Positions 10,144 through 20,251 of a stretch of 64,000 bases of DNA are shown here, one piece after another (position 1 is the first letter of the stretch; each line of letters starts with the position of its first letter). Where the stretch lies: the IMG/VR virus record IMGVR_UViG_3300035182_001315; one strand, given 5' to 3'. The position numbers and the translations under genes were made by a program. Source of the stretch: a virus (taxonomy: Duplodnaviria > Caudoviricetes). The notes below the pieces were generated by a model, which was not told the origin of the DNA, did not search any database, and saw only the letters and a program-made list of their open reading frames with translations.

Positions 10144-10416
10144 TCATAATGGTTGTAGTTTGCCGCCAGCATCAAGTACGGCTTTGTCTTCATCAGTTAG
10201 AACTCTGGAGATGTAAGAAACAGTTGTAGCAATATCTTCATCAACCTCCAAACCAGTCTTGCGGTCGAAGGTCCAGCCACAGTCAATGATGTCCTCATCA
10301 ACCTTCTGAACAATGAGATATACAGGAATGCAAAATCCCAGCATACGCTCAATAACATCACCTTCCTTTATCGCCAGAAGGACTTCGGCACTCAGTGGTT
10401 TATATTGCTGTTTCAT
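10144..10416 (-). CDS. hypothetical protein
   Basis: 90-aa ORF. Confidence 0.7.
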   Translation of the reverse strand: MKQQYKPLSAEVLLAIKEGDVIERMLGFCIPVYLIVQKVDEDIIDCGWTFDRKTGLEVDEDIATTVSYISRVLTDEDKAVLDAGGKLQPL

Positions 10417-10423
10417 ATTAATC

Positions 10424-10789
10424 TTATAATGATACTTCTTGTTTTAATATCTCACATAATACACTTTCCAGCTCATACTTCACCTTCATATCCATATTCG
10501 TAACCAGCATGTGAGTTCGAAGAGAATTAAGGCTTATCATCGGGCCATTGCCGCCCGTTTCAGCCTTCTTCTTGATGGTAACAGAACCAACCTTTGGTAC
10601 CTGCACATCATCCAATTCTTCCCCACGTAATTGCTTGTAAAGTTGTTCAATTGAAATTGTAAGAATTCCAGACTTCATTCCCTTCAGCTTGAACTGAATG
10701 GTTTGGTCAGCGGTCAGTGTAACCTGTATCTCACGGTCGTCATGCTTAATCGTTGATTCTCGTGAAAGGTCTCCGTTTAAGATTGTCAT
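10424..10789 (-). CDS. hypothetical protein
   Basis: 121-aa ORF with a promoter motif at ~10806. Confidence 0.7.
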   Translation of the reverse strand: MTILNGDLSRESTIKHDDREIQVTLTADQTIQFKLKGMKSGILTISIEQLYKQLRGEELDDVQVPKVGSVTIKKKAETGGNGPMISLNSLRTHMLVTNMDMKVKYELESVLCEILKQEVSL

Positions 10790-10949
10790 AATGGTAATGT
10801 TTTGACAAAGATAAGGTATTTAAAATTAACTTCCAAATTAATATCTGCGAGACACCGATGGCTTTGACCTTTCAAAGAAATTCAATGCATTGATTATCAA
10901 CTCAGCATTGTCCTTTACATAACATGTTCCAATCCGGCTGTCAGTCAGA

Positions 10950-11057
10950 GTATCAGTAATCAACTCCGATTCCAACATAGAAAGGTTTATTATTAAAGAC
11001 ATGTTCCCTGAACTCTCTGGTCTAAAAAAACGTAAACATAAAATTTTTCATTTCCCA
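10950..11057 (-). pseudogene. GIY-YIG endonuclease N-terminal remnant
   Basis: MGNEKFYVYVFLDQR, then a frameshift to NKPFYVGIG and a stop. Confidence 0.5.
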
Positions 11058-11088
11058 TACATATTTATATGTACAGGAATGTAAATGT

Positions 11089-11997
11089 TTAAAAATTTTT
11101 TTGGCCCTGATTAACATTGAATGTGAAGATTCCTTCCTTGTTCCACATATCCAACACCTGCAACCTGTCATCATAAACACAGATTGGGTTATATGTTCCC
11201 TGAACATAATGATGCAATATCTCACGCTTCACAACCGTATCCTTCCTGCCGTCACCAGCCGGTCTCATAAACATCACATCCGGCTTGAACCCATGAAGCT
11301 CACACCACTCCAACGTTACCGCACGACAAACCTCATCCCTGCCGGTAACAAAAATGATTATTCTTCCAAGGCTTCTATGAAAATCAATATGCTCAACAAC
11401 AATCCTGTTGATGTCGTCACGGTAAACTTCCATCCAGTCAAACGGCCCACGATTGCCCATATGAGCCAACGTTCCGTCTATGTCAAATAGAACAGCCTCA
11501 GGCAACTCAGAATCCCAGTCAGGCTGAACAAGCGGAGCCTTCTGCATCTTCACCGGCTGGAAATCAAACGTACCCGTAAGATACTTGTAATCCTCAACCA
11601 TCTTCTTGATGACACCAGCACCCACCTTAGCATCACGTCCATTGTCACGCTCAATTGCCTTGTCAAGGCTGATATCAAATACACGATAATCAATGTCAGC
11701 TTGGAACCGGAAGTTCTCAATGATATTATCAATGTACCGCTGCTTCAGATTCGTATTATCAACAATCACATTCAGCTTCTTCCCCAGACACTCACCAATG
11801 ACGTTGAATATCATCTTGGTTATCATATCCTCAATCTTGTTCTCACAAAGCTGGGAATTCTTAAGCATCATGCGGAAGTCATCACGATTCACACGAACGT
11901 AATCAGCATGGTTGCGCACAAACTCCTTGGCCCAAGTAGACTTGCCTGACCCCGGAATGCCAATAAGTATCAATATTTTTAAGTTGCTCTTTTTCAT
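11089..11997 (-). CDS. pseT: Polynucleotide 5'-kinase/3'-phosphatase (T4 PseT-like)
   Basis: GIPGSGKST and NRDDFR kinase domain; HAD domain FDIDGTLA, GRKD, YDDR. Likely start MKKSNLK at 11997. Confidence 0.92.
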   Translation of the reverse strand: MKKSNLKILILIGIPGSGKSTWAKEFVRNHADYVRVNRDDFRMMLKNSQLCENKIEDMITKMIFNVIGECLGKKLNVIVDNTNLKQRYIDNIIENFRFQADIDYRVFDISLDKAIERDNGRDAKVGAGVIKKMVEDYKYLTGTFDFQPVKMQKAPLVQPDWDSELPEAVLFDIDGTLAHMGNRGPFDWMEVYRDDINRIVVEHIDFHRSLGRIIIFVTGRDEVCRAVTLEWCELHGFKPDVMFMRPAGDGRKDTVVKREILHHYVQGTYNPICVYDDRLQVLDMWNKEGIFTFNVNQGQKNF

Positions 11998-12142
11998 TTC
12001 TTTTTCTTTTCTTTTTCTTTTGCCAGAACCAACGTCTGCTTCTCGCCCCGCCAAACATGAGGGATAAATAAACGTACCCAATAATCCATAACAGGATTCG
12101 AATACCAATCACTAACATAAATAAGAACCCTATGGTTTCCAT
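11903..12142 (-). CDS. small membrane protein
   Basis: N-terminal hydrophobic helix followed by a basic tail. Confidence 0.5.
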   Translation of the reverse strand: METIGFLFMLVIGIRILLWIIGYVYLSLMFGGARSRRWFWQKKKKRKRNEKEQLKNIDTYWHSGVRQVYLGQGVCAQPC

Positions 12143-12304
12143 AACGTTCCAATGCTATTTTATTTCCATATATTTTAGTTTAAATAAAGTTTGAACATTG
12201 TGTGCAATAACCTGTCAGCTTCAGGAAACTTGTTCCTCGCCGCCAGCCCCTTCGAATACTCATTCAGGTCTGGGAAGTAAAGATACGGTAACCATTGATA
12301 GTTT

Positions 12305-12640
12305 TCACTCTTTGTCATAATTAGGATAAAGCTTTTCAGACTCCATGAACGCCTCAAGATAACTTGAACCAATTATCTTGTACAACGCATCAGGATGATA
12401 CATCGGAATGCAAACACCATCGTACATGTGATATTCCTCACACAACAAATGATGCTCTTCGCAAACCGTAATTCCATTGGCCAACACATAACCGCTGTTG
12501 GGCATCTCATGTCTATCTTTAATGTGATGAACTTGAAGATTCTCCTTTTTGTCACAAAATACGCACTGATACTTATCTCTTAAAAGACATGCTTCATTAA
12601 AATCTTTCCTCCAAAGTTTATGGAATCGTTTCATACTCAT
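12305..12640 (-). CDS. HNH endonuclease family protein
   Basis: RDKYQCVFC, LQVHHI, NGITVCEEHH. Confidence 0.8.
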   Translation of the reverse strand: MSMKRFHKLWRKDFNEACLLRDKYQCVFCDKKENLQVHHIKDRHEMPNSGYVLANGITVCEEHHLLCEEYHMYDGVCIPMYHPDALYKIIGSSYLEAFMESEKLYPNYDKE

Positions 12641-12644
12641 AATT

Positions 12645-13050
12645 TATTTTTATTATATTCTACATGGGGGCAAATCCCACCATTAATCGCCCTCCCCAAA
12701 TTACAATTAAAACATAACACTTGTAAATCGGGTCTTTTATCTTCATTCTTTAATTTTAAATAATATTGATAAGAACTACCCTTCCTCGAATTATATAAAT
12801 CCTGTCGTTCGATATTACCATTGTTATTAACATGGTCAATAGTTAAAAAATTATGTTCATCTTCTCCACAACAAGCACAACAATTACCGTATTTATCAAT
12901 TACTATTTTTTTTTTTTATTTTTTGGCGATAATTTTTTTGTTGTGTTTTATTATCGTGATTTTTAACATATTTTTCTTGTATTGATTTTTTTTAATTAAA
13001 CAATCTGAGCAACCAACAGAATTTTTATTTGCTTTCTTATTAGCATTAAA
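12645..13050 (-). pseudogene. Disrupted HNH endonuclease
   Basis: CCACCGE, LTIDHVNN, LQVLCFNCN; 5' part is broken in A-tracts (in-frame TAA at ~12916). Confidence 0.65.
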
Positions 13051-13359
13051 TTCAGTCAACCCAGCATCAACAATCATCCCAACATACAAGTTGGCATCAA
13101 CCGCCTTCTGGAATATCTCATCCAACTCAGCCTCAGAATCTACACTCAAACAAATCTTGGTGAATGTCCCATTTAACTAACTATCAATTGCATCACCCTT
13201 AAGCATTCGCAAATTTAATTCATTGTGTTTATCATCACCACCACCATCCATCAAATTCAAGATAACCTTCATCGAAGCATGCGCCCCTTGAGCAATCATC
13301 TTGCCCTTCCTCATGTTCAAAGCCTTACGCATCACAATAACCTGTTTGCTTATTTTCAT
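13050..13359 (-). pseudogene. pth2: Peptidyl-tRNA hydrolase 2 (PTH2), disrupted
   Basis: KQVIVMR..MRKGKMIAQGAHAS, then in-frame TAG (13177-13179), LNGTFTKICL..IVDAGLTEF; C-terminus replaced by HNH sequence. Confidence 0.8.
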
Positions 13360-14012
13360 GGCTTTAATTTATTTGGTGTAATAGCAGAATGCATCCAGTG
13401 CTGGTCAGTAGTAACATGCTTTGCCCTCACAAACTTACCAACATTCAAATCATACTCGTCATATCCAAACTCCCCAATATTTCTTGTTACATATCCCTCA
13501 TTCTTCGTTGTGTCAATCGAATCAGCCAGCTTCCTCAACTCAGCTTCATTATATGGCCCAACCTGTAACAACGGAACCGTCTGCAACCCCAACATCTCAC
13601 AAATATCCAACGTATCCACCCACGAAAGACAACGATTCTTGTCGTTCCAAACACTGAACACCATGAAGTATGTAGGAAGCTCTTCGTATAAAAGACTGTG
13701 CTTGGCATAAAGATTTTCACCACATATGCGCCAGCCCTCAGGTATATCATGCCTTATCTGGCCCCATAATCCCTTAACCCAGTTACGGGAATCGTGATAT
13801 TTGGAATCTATCGAACGTGCATGCATCCTGTCAGGATAAAGACTGGTATTTTCCCCATCCATCTTTAGGGTTGTTATGGTCATCATCGGACTGCCGGTAC
13901 CCAGATAATTTTCAAATGAGGTCATATCATGATGAAACTTGTCATCACTGGTTGAACCCAATGACCACTCAAAATGATACGTCCTCGGAAACTTAAAATA
14001 CATCTGTTCCAT
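13356..14012 (-). CDS. ATP-dependent RNA ligase family protein
   Basis: Motif I KMDGEN, GENLY, FMVF, EGYV, KFVR; KFPRTYH N-terminus. Confidence 0.85.
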   Translation of the reverse strand: MEQMYFKFPRTYHFEWSLGSTSDDKFHHDMTSFENYLGTGSPMMTITTLKMDGENTSLYPDRMHARSIDSKYHDSRNWVKGLWGQIRHDIPEGWRICGENLYAKHSLLYEELPTYFMVFSVWNDKNRCLSWVDTLDICEMLGLQTVPLLQVGPYNEAELRKLADSIDTTKNEGYVTRNIGEFGYDEYDLNVGKFVRAKHVTTDQHWMHSAITPNKLKP

Positions 14013-14308
14013 TATTCTGCCGGTTTGTATGTTAAAATATTTACCTTATCAGCCTCAGCACCAGAAAACAGCTCATAAACTGAATTCTCCGTCCTGAACC
14101 TTATAAACCCTTCACGCTCTTCAAGAATCTCCAGAATCACAGTGGTCAACCAATAATCCAAAGGCGGCCTCCCAATAAACAAGCTCCCACCAACCGCAAC
14201 CTCCCTCACAAGTTCCTTCTTAAAGGTATTATCCTCATTCCATAAAAGGGTTGAAACCCTTTCAGATTCGAATTGAAAACCCCAGCCAGCCTTGAATAGT
14301 TTGTACAT
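14012..14308 (-). CDS. hypothetical protein
   Basis: 98-aa ORF translationally coupled to the ligase. Confidence 0.65.
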   Translation of the reverse strand: MYKLFKAGWGFQFESERVSTLLWNEDNTFKKELVREVAVGGSLFIGRPPLDYWLTTVILEILEEREGFIRFRTENSVYELFSGAEADKVNILTYKPAE

Positions 14309-14384
14309 AATCTCCCATTTTCAGCGAAGATACCAGTTTTATTCCTAAGTACCAAATATTTATTTAAACAAATCCAACATTCTT

Positions 14385-15218
14385 ATGAAATTTTTTGACA
14401 GGCCCTACATTTTCGAAAACCTTAACCCGCCAACCATCGTTGACGAAGTTAAAATCATGCATGACACCACCCTGAAAAATATGGAGTCTGAACTCAAAAT
14501 CCCTAAAGACGTATTCCAATCATTCCAAATCAAAGATAACCTGAACCCAGAAATCTGGCATGATGGTAAACTTAATCCTGAAGTACGCATAAAGCTACTC
14601 GACATCGCAACCAACTTCGTCAACGACCTTAAGCTCCCTCAAATAAAAGTGAAAGACGTTCTATTCGTAGGCTCTCTGGCCAACTACAACTGGTCAAAGT
14701 TCTCCGATATCGACCTGCATATCGTCGTTGACTTCGAAGACTATAAAGAAGACCCTGACTTCATAAAGTCATTCTTTGATGCTCAAAAGAACCTCTTCAA
14801 TATGAACCATGACATAGAAATCCATGGCCACCCAGTTGAAACCTACTTCCAAGACAGAAAAGAAAAACTCGCAGCATCAGCCGTATACTCAGTAAAAAAT
14901 GATAAATGGATTCTTAAGCCACAAAAAGAATCATTCAGATTGGACAAAAATGTAATCAGAAGAAAAGTGGAAAAGTTCTTCGATAAACTCAAAGACCTTA
15001 AGGCTGCTTACGACAACGGCCAGTATAAACTCGTTTTCGATGGCGTAACATCAATCATGAAATCCCTTAAGAAAATGAGACAGTCCGGCTTGGAAAAAGG
15101 TGGGGAATTCTCCACAGAAAATATCATCTATAAAACCCTCAGAAGAACTGACGCTATGGAATTCCTTGACTCACTTAAAATGAAATCATACGATAACCTC
15201 ATGGCCGTTACCGAATAA
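14385..15218 (+). CDS. Pol-beta superfamily nucleotidyltransferase
   Basis: GSLANYNWSKFSDIDLHIV (GS...DxD) motif. Confidence 0.85.
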   Translation: MKFFDRPYIFENLNPPTIVDEVKIMHDTTLKNMESELKIPKDVFQSFQIKDNLNPEIWHDGKLNPEVRIKLLDIATNFVNDLKLPQIKVKDVLFVGSLANYNWSKFSDIDLHIVVDFEDYKEDPDFIKSFFDAQKNLFNMNHDIEIHGHPVETYFQDRKEKLAASAVYSVKNDKWILKPQKESFRLDKNVIRRKVEKFFDKLKDLKAAYDNGQYKLVFDGVTSIMKSLKKMRQSGLEKGGEFSTENIIYKTLRRTDAMEFLDSLKMKSYDNLMAVTE

Positions 15219-15301
15219 GCAGCTACTCCGGCGAAGCCAAAAGTCGTATAAATGATTTTTTAATTTCTTGTGTATCAGCTATTTGTGTTTCCTGACCAGT
15301 A

Positions 15302-16879
15302 TCAGCCGTGCTTGCCGTTGCCGAACTCAGCAATAACCCCGTCATGCCATACAGACTGCATGTTGGGATTCAGAAGGCTGGGATGCACATGAACATTCGA
15401 ATAATCGGTTACAGGCTCATATTCGATGTCGTCAATGTTCGTTGCAACAAAGGTGCCGTCAAGAATAATAACGCTATCCTCGTTGCCATTCACCTCGTCA
15501 ATGTCGTTGTTCCAATGGCCAGACTCACACTCAACTACCGCATGTTCCTCATACTCTGACCTGAACTGCCAATTGTCAAATACACTCGCTGGCGCACCAT
15601 CACGGTTAAACGGATTCGGGTCCTCTTCACGGTCCTGATGTTGCTCAACGGCATGCCAACCCGACTTCACTTGCGACTCGTCAGCGCCATCCCAGTATTT
15701 GGACAGAACCTTTACATCCGCATATATCTCCGCATTGAACTCATCAATATGAGCCTGTACCGGCTTGCTTAAGAAATCAGGGGCATTCACATTCTTTAAG
15801 CCCTTGAACTGATTAAGCCTGAGCTTAGGCTCCTTCTCATAAACAGACTCAGCCTTCTCGTAATCATAGGTATATCCAGTCCCAAACCTTATCTCAGCCG
15901 TAAACCCATCCAAATGAAATATAGCACAATCACCATTGTCAACCTTTGACGGATACGTACCCACACAATGCTTCTGCAATAAGCCCTCAATATATAACTC
16001 CTTGTTGGTTTCCAATAACTTATAACCGTATTTGTCACTGAAGTCACGATAGACATTCCTTATCCTCAATTGCTTCAAGTCCTGAACGTCAAATAACGTA
16101 TCGGTTATCTCCTTGGCCCAGTCATCATGCTCTTCCTTTAGCCTTCTCAGGCTCCATGAAGCATTTATCTTCTTGCCAAGAACCACGGCCATCTTACAAG
16201 AATCCATAAACAACCCATCCTTTAACATCTCTGGATAAAGATTCTCTATGTTCACCATTATCTTCCTCATCTCGGCCCAAACCTTAACCAACTTCTCAAT
16301 GTCATGACGGGGACCTGACGCAGCAATAAGAACCTTCACCACCGGCAACGGTGCCTTGAAGAAATGCTTAACAGCCGCATTATACGAATATAACTTGTTC
16401 CTTACAAACGTGTTCAACGCATTGCCCTGCAATATCGGATTCTCTTCAATAAACCGCAACCACGTAAACTTCCCATGAAAATACTGCTTAAGCGTATGCG
16501 TGTTCTGCTTCCTATCAGCATGACTCCATTCTGAATTAAATAGCAACAATGATGCATATGTCAGCTGGACAAACTGCTTTATCCTGCCGTCATTTATCAT
16601 GTAATAAAACATCCCACCCTTGTATATGATTGACTTTATCTTCTTCTCAAAAGAAAACCACTTGTTGGTCGTAGATATACCAAATCGGTTCTGAAACAAG
16701 ATTATCTCAAACGTCCCGTCTGGACGCTCAAAACGTACAAGACGCTTCGTAGTGTACCCACCCTTGTTATTGAAATATACCACCCTCGCCTTATGAGAAT
16801 CAGCCAAATACAACTCCCTTAACTTGTCAACCTTCTTGCTCTTTTCCTCAGCCAATAACTCCCATTTTACTTCACCCAT
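15302..16879 (-). CDS. PcfJ-like domain protein
   Basis: LYIEGLLQKHCVGTY and QFKGLKN motifs. Confidence 0.7.
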   Translation of the reverse strand: MGEVKWELLAEEKSKKVDKLRELYLADSHKARVVYFNNKGGYTTKRLVRFERPDGTFEIILFQNRFGISTTNKWFSFEKKIKSIIYKGGMFYYMINDGRIKQFVQLTYASLLLFNSEWSHADRKQNTHTLKQYFHGKFTWLRFIEENPILQGNALNTFVRNKLYSYNAAVKHFFKAPLPVVKVLIAASGPRHDIEKLVKVWAEMRKIMVNIENLYPEMLKDGLFMDSCKMAVVLGKKINASWSLRRLKEEHDDWAKEITDTLFDVQDLKQLRIRNVYRDFSDKYGYKLLETNKELYIEGLLQKHCVGTYPSKVDNGDCAIFHLDGFTAEIRFGTGYTYDYEKAESVYEKEPKLRLNQFKGLKNVNAPDFLSKPVQAHIDEFNAEIYADVKVLSKYWDGADESQVKSGWHAVEQHQDREEDPNPFNRDGAPASVFDNWQFRSEYEEHAVVECESGHWNNDIDEVNGNEDSVIILDGTFVATNIDDIEYEPVTDYSNVHVHPSLLNPNMQSVWHDGVIAEFGNGKHG

Positions 16880-16896
16880 GTAAAAACGTTTTTATG

Positions 16897-17367
16897 CTAA
16901 GATTTCAAATTTGCGTAATACCTGATATAACTCTTTAAACACTTGCTCTTTATCTTTATCCAATGCTCCATATTCACCTGAATACCCAACTTCTTCGCAA
17001 GCTTCAACCCCTCATCCCAAGCCAAAAACTCTTCCTCAAGCGAAGATACATGATAAACCTTTCTCCTGCTATATTTATTTTCCTTCTTGTACAACTTCAC
17101 CATCTCCGCATGTGCCAATACCGGCAACCTCTTCTTGAACTTGTCCCAATCCTTCCTAAGCTCATGGTGACCCATCTCATGAAGGAAGATATATACAGTT
17201 TCCTCATAGGTCATCCCAGACTGAATGAATATCCCCTGAGGCTCATTCTTCGTCTTCGTATCCTGCTTCATGTATGAGATATCATGGTAGTCAAGACGAA
17301 CCTTGTACCCCTGTTTCTCGGCGTACTCAGTCAACTTAACCAAACCCTTCTTGTAACTGTATCTCAT
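16897..17367 (-). CDS. HExxH metallopeptidase-like protein
   Basis: IFLHEMGHH and EEFLAW. Confidence 0.6.
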   Translation of the reverse strand: MRYSYKKGLVKLTEYAEKQGYKVRLDYHDISYMKQDTKTKNEPQGIFIQSGMTYEETVYIFLHEMGHHELRKDWDKFKKRLPVLAHAEMVKLYKKENKYSRRKVYHVSSLEEEFLAWDEGLKLAKKLGIQVNMEHWIKIKSKCLKSYIRYYANLKS

Positions 17368-17406
17368 GATGGTCCCTTTTTTAATAAATAGACCATAACC
17401 TAACCC

Positions 17407-17787
17407 TTATGCGTTCACCTCAAAGAAATAATTATAAACAACACAGTCTGGATTCAACTTCCTGAAATCAGGAAATAACGTGTCACCTATCGTATTGTCA
17501 TTTATATGACTGATATGCAACTCTTTAAAGAATTCAGCATACTTCTCATACGTCTTCTTCCCACCTATACACCAATCTATCCCCTTCAGGTTCGTCTCAT
17601 ACTTGTCATCCAAGATGATATGACGACCCTTAAGAGGCGGTAGCGTCAAATGGGTGGAATAACCTACCAAAAGGGTGGAAGCCTCTGTAATGGCCTTAAA
17701 ATGCTTGAAGTCGGCACCGGAGCGCCATGGCAATCCACCGTTAAGACCAATGAATCCGAGACAATTTGTTGCAATAATTGCTTTCAT
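17407..17787 (-). CDS. folA: dihydrofolate reductase
   Basis: IGLNGGLPW, DFKHFK, IGG, GDTLFP. Confidence 0.9.
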   Translation of the reverse strand: MKAIIATNCLGFIGLNGGLPWRSGADFKHFKAITEASTLLVGYSTHLTLPPLKGRHIILDDKYETNLKGIDWCIGGKKTYEKYAEFFKELHISHINDNTIGDTLFPDFRKLNPDCVVYNYFFEVNA

Positions 17788-17839
17788 CTTAAATCAAGTT
17801 TTTTAAATATTAAATTATTAAATTTTCTTTCACTCTTTA

Positions 17840-17936
17840 TTAACCTCTGTATGAAGGCGTTATTTTCCCATTAGGATCCCAGATTTTATCTCTTTCGATG
17901 TTGGCTTGGCGCAAGGCGGTCATGAAGGTTGTTTCC
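17840..17936 (-). pseudogene. Possible MazG-like pyrophosphatase N-terminal remnant
   Basis: LRQANIERDKIWDPNGKITPSYRG then stop; resembles the start of phage MazG-like proteins (recalled, not searched). Confidence 0.3.
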
Positions 17937-18026
17937 ATAAGAATTGAATTTGAGGCAAACCTACAAAAAGGTTTTGATATTCGTACAAAAATGTTCGCCG
18001 TGGAACACTCTCCTTTTTCTGAAGCC

Positions 18027-18217
18027 AAAATTTCCCAGAAAAATTTTTTTGAAAAGGGGTCTGATCGGAAAAATTCTGGAAAAATGACGAGTTAGTAGGA
18101 AATAATCGCCAGATGGGACCCATTGGCTTTTTTTAGCAGGAAAATTTCCCAGGAAAAATTTTTAAAAAAAAGGGGTACCCTATGTGTAAACCCAAAAAAT
18201 TTCCCAGAAAAAATTTT
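18027..18217 (+). repeat. Three iteron-like AAAATTTCCCAG(G)AAAAATTTT repeats
   Basis: Copies at 18027, 18141 and 18196 in a non-coding gap. Confidence 0.75.
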
Positions 18218-18223
18218 ACCGTG

Positions 18224-18326
18224 TGGGGTCATGGGGGCCATATAGGGGGCATACGGGGGGGTATATAAGGGGGGTAACGGGGGACGTGGGTACGGGAGGG
18301 GGGTGTACAGGGGGGGGGGGGGGGGG
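18224..18326 (+). other. G-tract cluster ending in G17 (G-quadruplex-forming potential)
   Basis: More than ten runs of G3-G7 plus a 17-G run at 18310-18326 in an AT-rich genome. Confidence 0.75.
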
Positions 18327-18419
18327 TAAACGGGTGGTTAGATATGTCGTTTTGTATTTGAGGTATTTGTGTTTCATGTTGTAAAGATAAGACTATTTTT
18401 CGGATTACCAAATTTATTT

Positions 18420-19259
18420 TTAATCTTCATTTTCCATTACGTAATTGTCTTCAATCACATTATGTGGGCAATGGTTTGGCCTTAGGGTTACGTCCTTTAC
18501 TTCACTCTGAAGATTTGAGTGCAATACTGCCTCCCAGCTTAGAATTCCTTTCCTTTTATATACAGTAAAGGTTAGGCCGCTGAAGACATTAGCCAGCTCT
18601 TCAGCACTATTATTTTTGGTAAATTCGTCCCAATAGGTAATAAAGTCATTTAGGGTGTTTCTGTTTTCCCAATTGTTAGGGAATTTCTTTTCTGCCATCT
18701 TATAGCCGTAACGGTGAAGGTTACGGATTTTTGCAAGGGTTACAGATTGTTTGTATTCCTTAGCGGCTTCGTGTTTTTGTTCACCGTCTGAAAGGGGCGC
18801 AATTGTCCTTTCTTTTGCGTTTTTATAAAGGAGTTCACACTGATATTCAAGTTCGCCGTTATCGGTTGGGCGTTGTGTTGGTACGTTACTTTCAAGGGTA
18901 CGGCCAAAGTTAGTATAACCGCAAGAGATTGCCTCTATTATTTCGTTTTCTGTGGTGCCTCTCATTAGTTCGCCGTTAGAGCGCCAAGAGTTACCCAATG
19001 AGCGCCTAATGTTCATAGTATCAACAAAGTACATGTAAGCGCCCATTGCTGTCATTTCGCCGCCTATGTTCATTGCAGAGTCACCCATAAAATACTTGTG
19101 AGTGTATTCATGCCAGTGTTCAAAAACATCGTGAAATATACCGGTACTGCTCCAAAAAGCGTTAAACGGTGAATTATCGTTATAGGTTTCTTTGTGAGCC
19201 AAACCCCATTCACCGTTAGCGTCATCACAAAAGAAGCGAAGGTTTACAACGTGTTTCAT
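18420..19259 (-). CDS. hypothetical protein
   Basis: 279-aa ORF with its own promoter; HDVFEHWHE motif. Confidence 0.75.
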   Translation of the reverse strand: MKHVVNLRFFCDDANGEWGLAHKETYNDNSPFNAFWSSTGIFHDVFEHWHEYTHKYFMGDSAMNIGGEMTAMGAYMYFVDTMNIRRSLGNSWRSNGELMRGTTENEIIEAISCGYTNFGRTLESNVPTQRPTDNGELEYQCELLYKNAKERTIAPLSDGEQKHEAAKEYKQSVTLAKIRNLHRYGYKMAEKKFPNNWENRNTLNDFITYWDEFTKNNSAEELANVFSGLTFTVYKRKGILSWEAVLHSNLQSEVKDVTLRPNHCPHNVIEDNYVMENED

Positions 19260-19327
19260 AATTGGTTTGTTTTTGATAAATCAAAGATAAGACTATATTT
19301 CGAAACTTCCAAATTTATTACATAAAA

Positions 19328-19352
19328 AAAGCGGGAAATTAATCCCGCTTTT
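19328..19352. terminator. intrinsic terminator
   Basis: AAAAGCGGGA-AATTAA-TCCCGCTTTT. Confidence 0.75.
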
Positions 19353-19373
19353 GTTGACCGTATCCCTTTAAAA

Positions 19374-19901
19374 CTAAGGTTGAATTATTTCGTATATTTC
19401 CCCTTGGAACTTTAGTTGTTTTACGTTCTCCAGATATACTTTACGCCAAAAGATTTCCTTTTCAGTCCCTTGATTTTCTGCTTTTTTACTTACTGGCAGA
19501 AAGGGTTCAAGCTTTGTTTTCGCTATTTCTACGCCGTTGAAAAAGTATCTTGTTTCTGGTTTGCTGTTGGTGTTTGGCCTGTACTGAATCACTGGTTTAC
19601 CTTTAAAATAACCTACAAAGCTGTTATTGTCTCCGTATTCTAAAGGCATGGTATTTTCACCCTTTTCGTATTCGGTCGGGCTTTTGCCTTCACGCTTTAG
19701 CTGGTTAATTACACCGGTTTCGTATTCAGTGTTTAGCATGATTGCCACATCTGACAGTTTTTTTACGCCCATGTACGGGTTATCAGTTTTGCGCATTTTT
19801 GGCTCTGTCATCTGTACAATGTTAGCAAAAATATTTGCGCCTTTAGTAGTTTTGAAGGCGAAAAGGATTGCTTCAAGTTCTTTTACTGTTACGTGTTTCA
19901 T
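19374..19901 (-). CDS. hypothetical protein
   Basis: Start MKHVTVK downstream of the promoter at 19931. Confidence 0.75.
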   Translation of the reverse strand: MKHVTVKELEAILFAFKTTKGANIFANIVQMTEPKMRKTDNPYMGVKKLSDVAIMLNTEYETGVINQLKREGKSPTEYEKGENTMPLEYGDNNSFVGYFKGKPVIQYRPNTNSKPETRYFFNGVEIAKTKLEPFLPVSKKAENQGTEKEIFWRKVYLENVKQLKFQGEIYEIIQP

Positions 19902-19979
19902 TTTAAATAGTTTTTGTTTGAATGATGAAGCAAAGATAAGACTATTTTTCAAACTTCCAAACAATTTACAGAAATATTT

Positions 19980-20251
19980 TAATTAATATTAGGACTATGA
20001 ATCCAGCGGCTAACAGCTTTTTCATTATTTGTTTGTGTAATGGTTAGTAAATACGTTTGTGTAAGAGATTGCGCCGTCTTTATCCACTGATTTGATACGG
20101 CTATAAACCACGCTTGAAGTAGCTGTTAAGCGGCTAATATCAATCTTGCTGGTATAGGTATCGGTTGCCTTGTCGCTGGCATAATCTGGCATTGTGCTAT
20201 TGAAGCAATTGAGATTACAAGGGCTAAAAGGGATACGATAACGTGTTTCAT
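19980..20251 (-). pseudogene. Internally deleted/frameshifted paralog of the 21833-22780 exported protein
   Basis: Signal peptide MKHVIVSLLALVISIASIAQ; the other frame reads YSRIKSVDKDGAISYTNV, matching YFRIQQIDIDGKTTVSDV. Confidence 0.45.

Noticed and set aside
12645-13100. Group I intron in pth2
   Set aside because: No 3' exon after the HNH and no intron core recognisable by eye.
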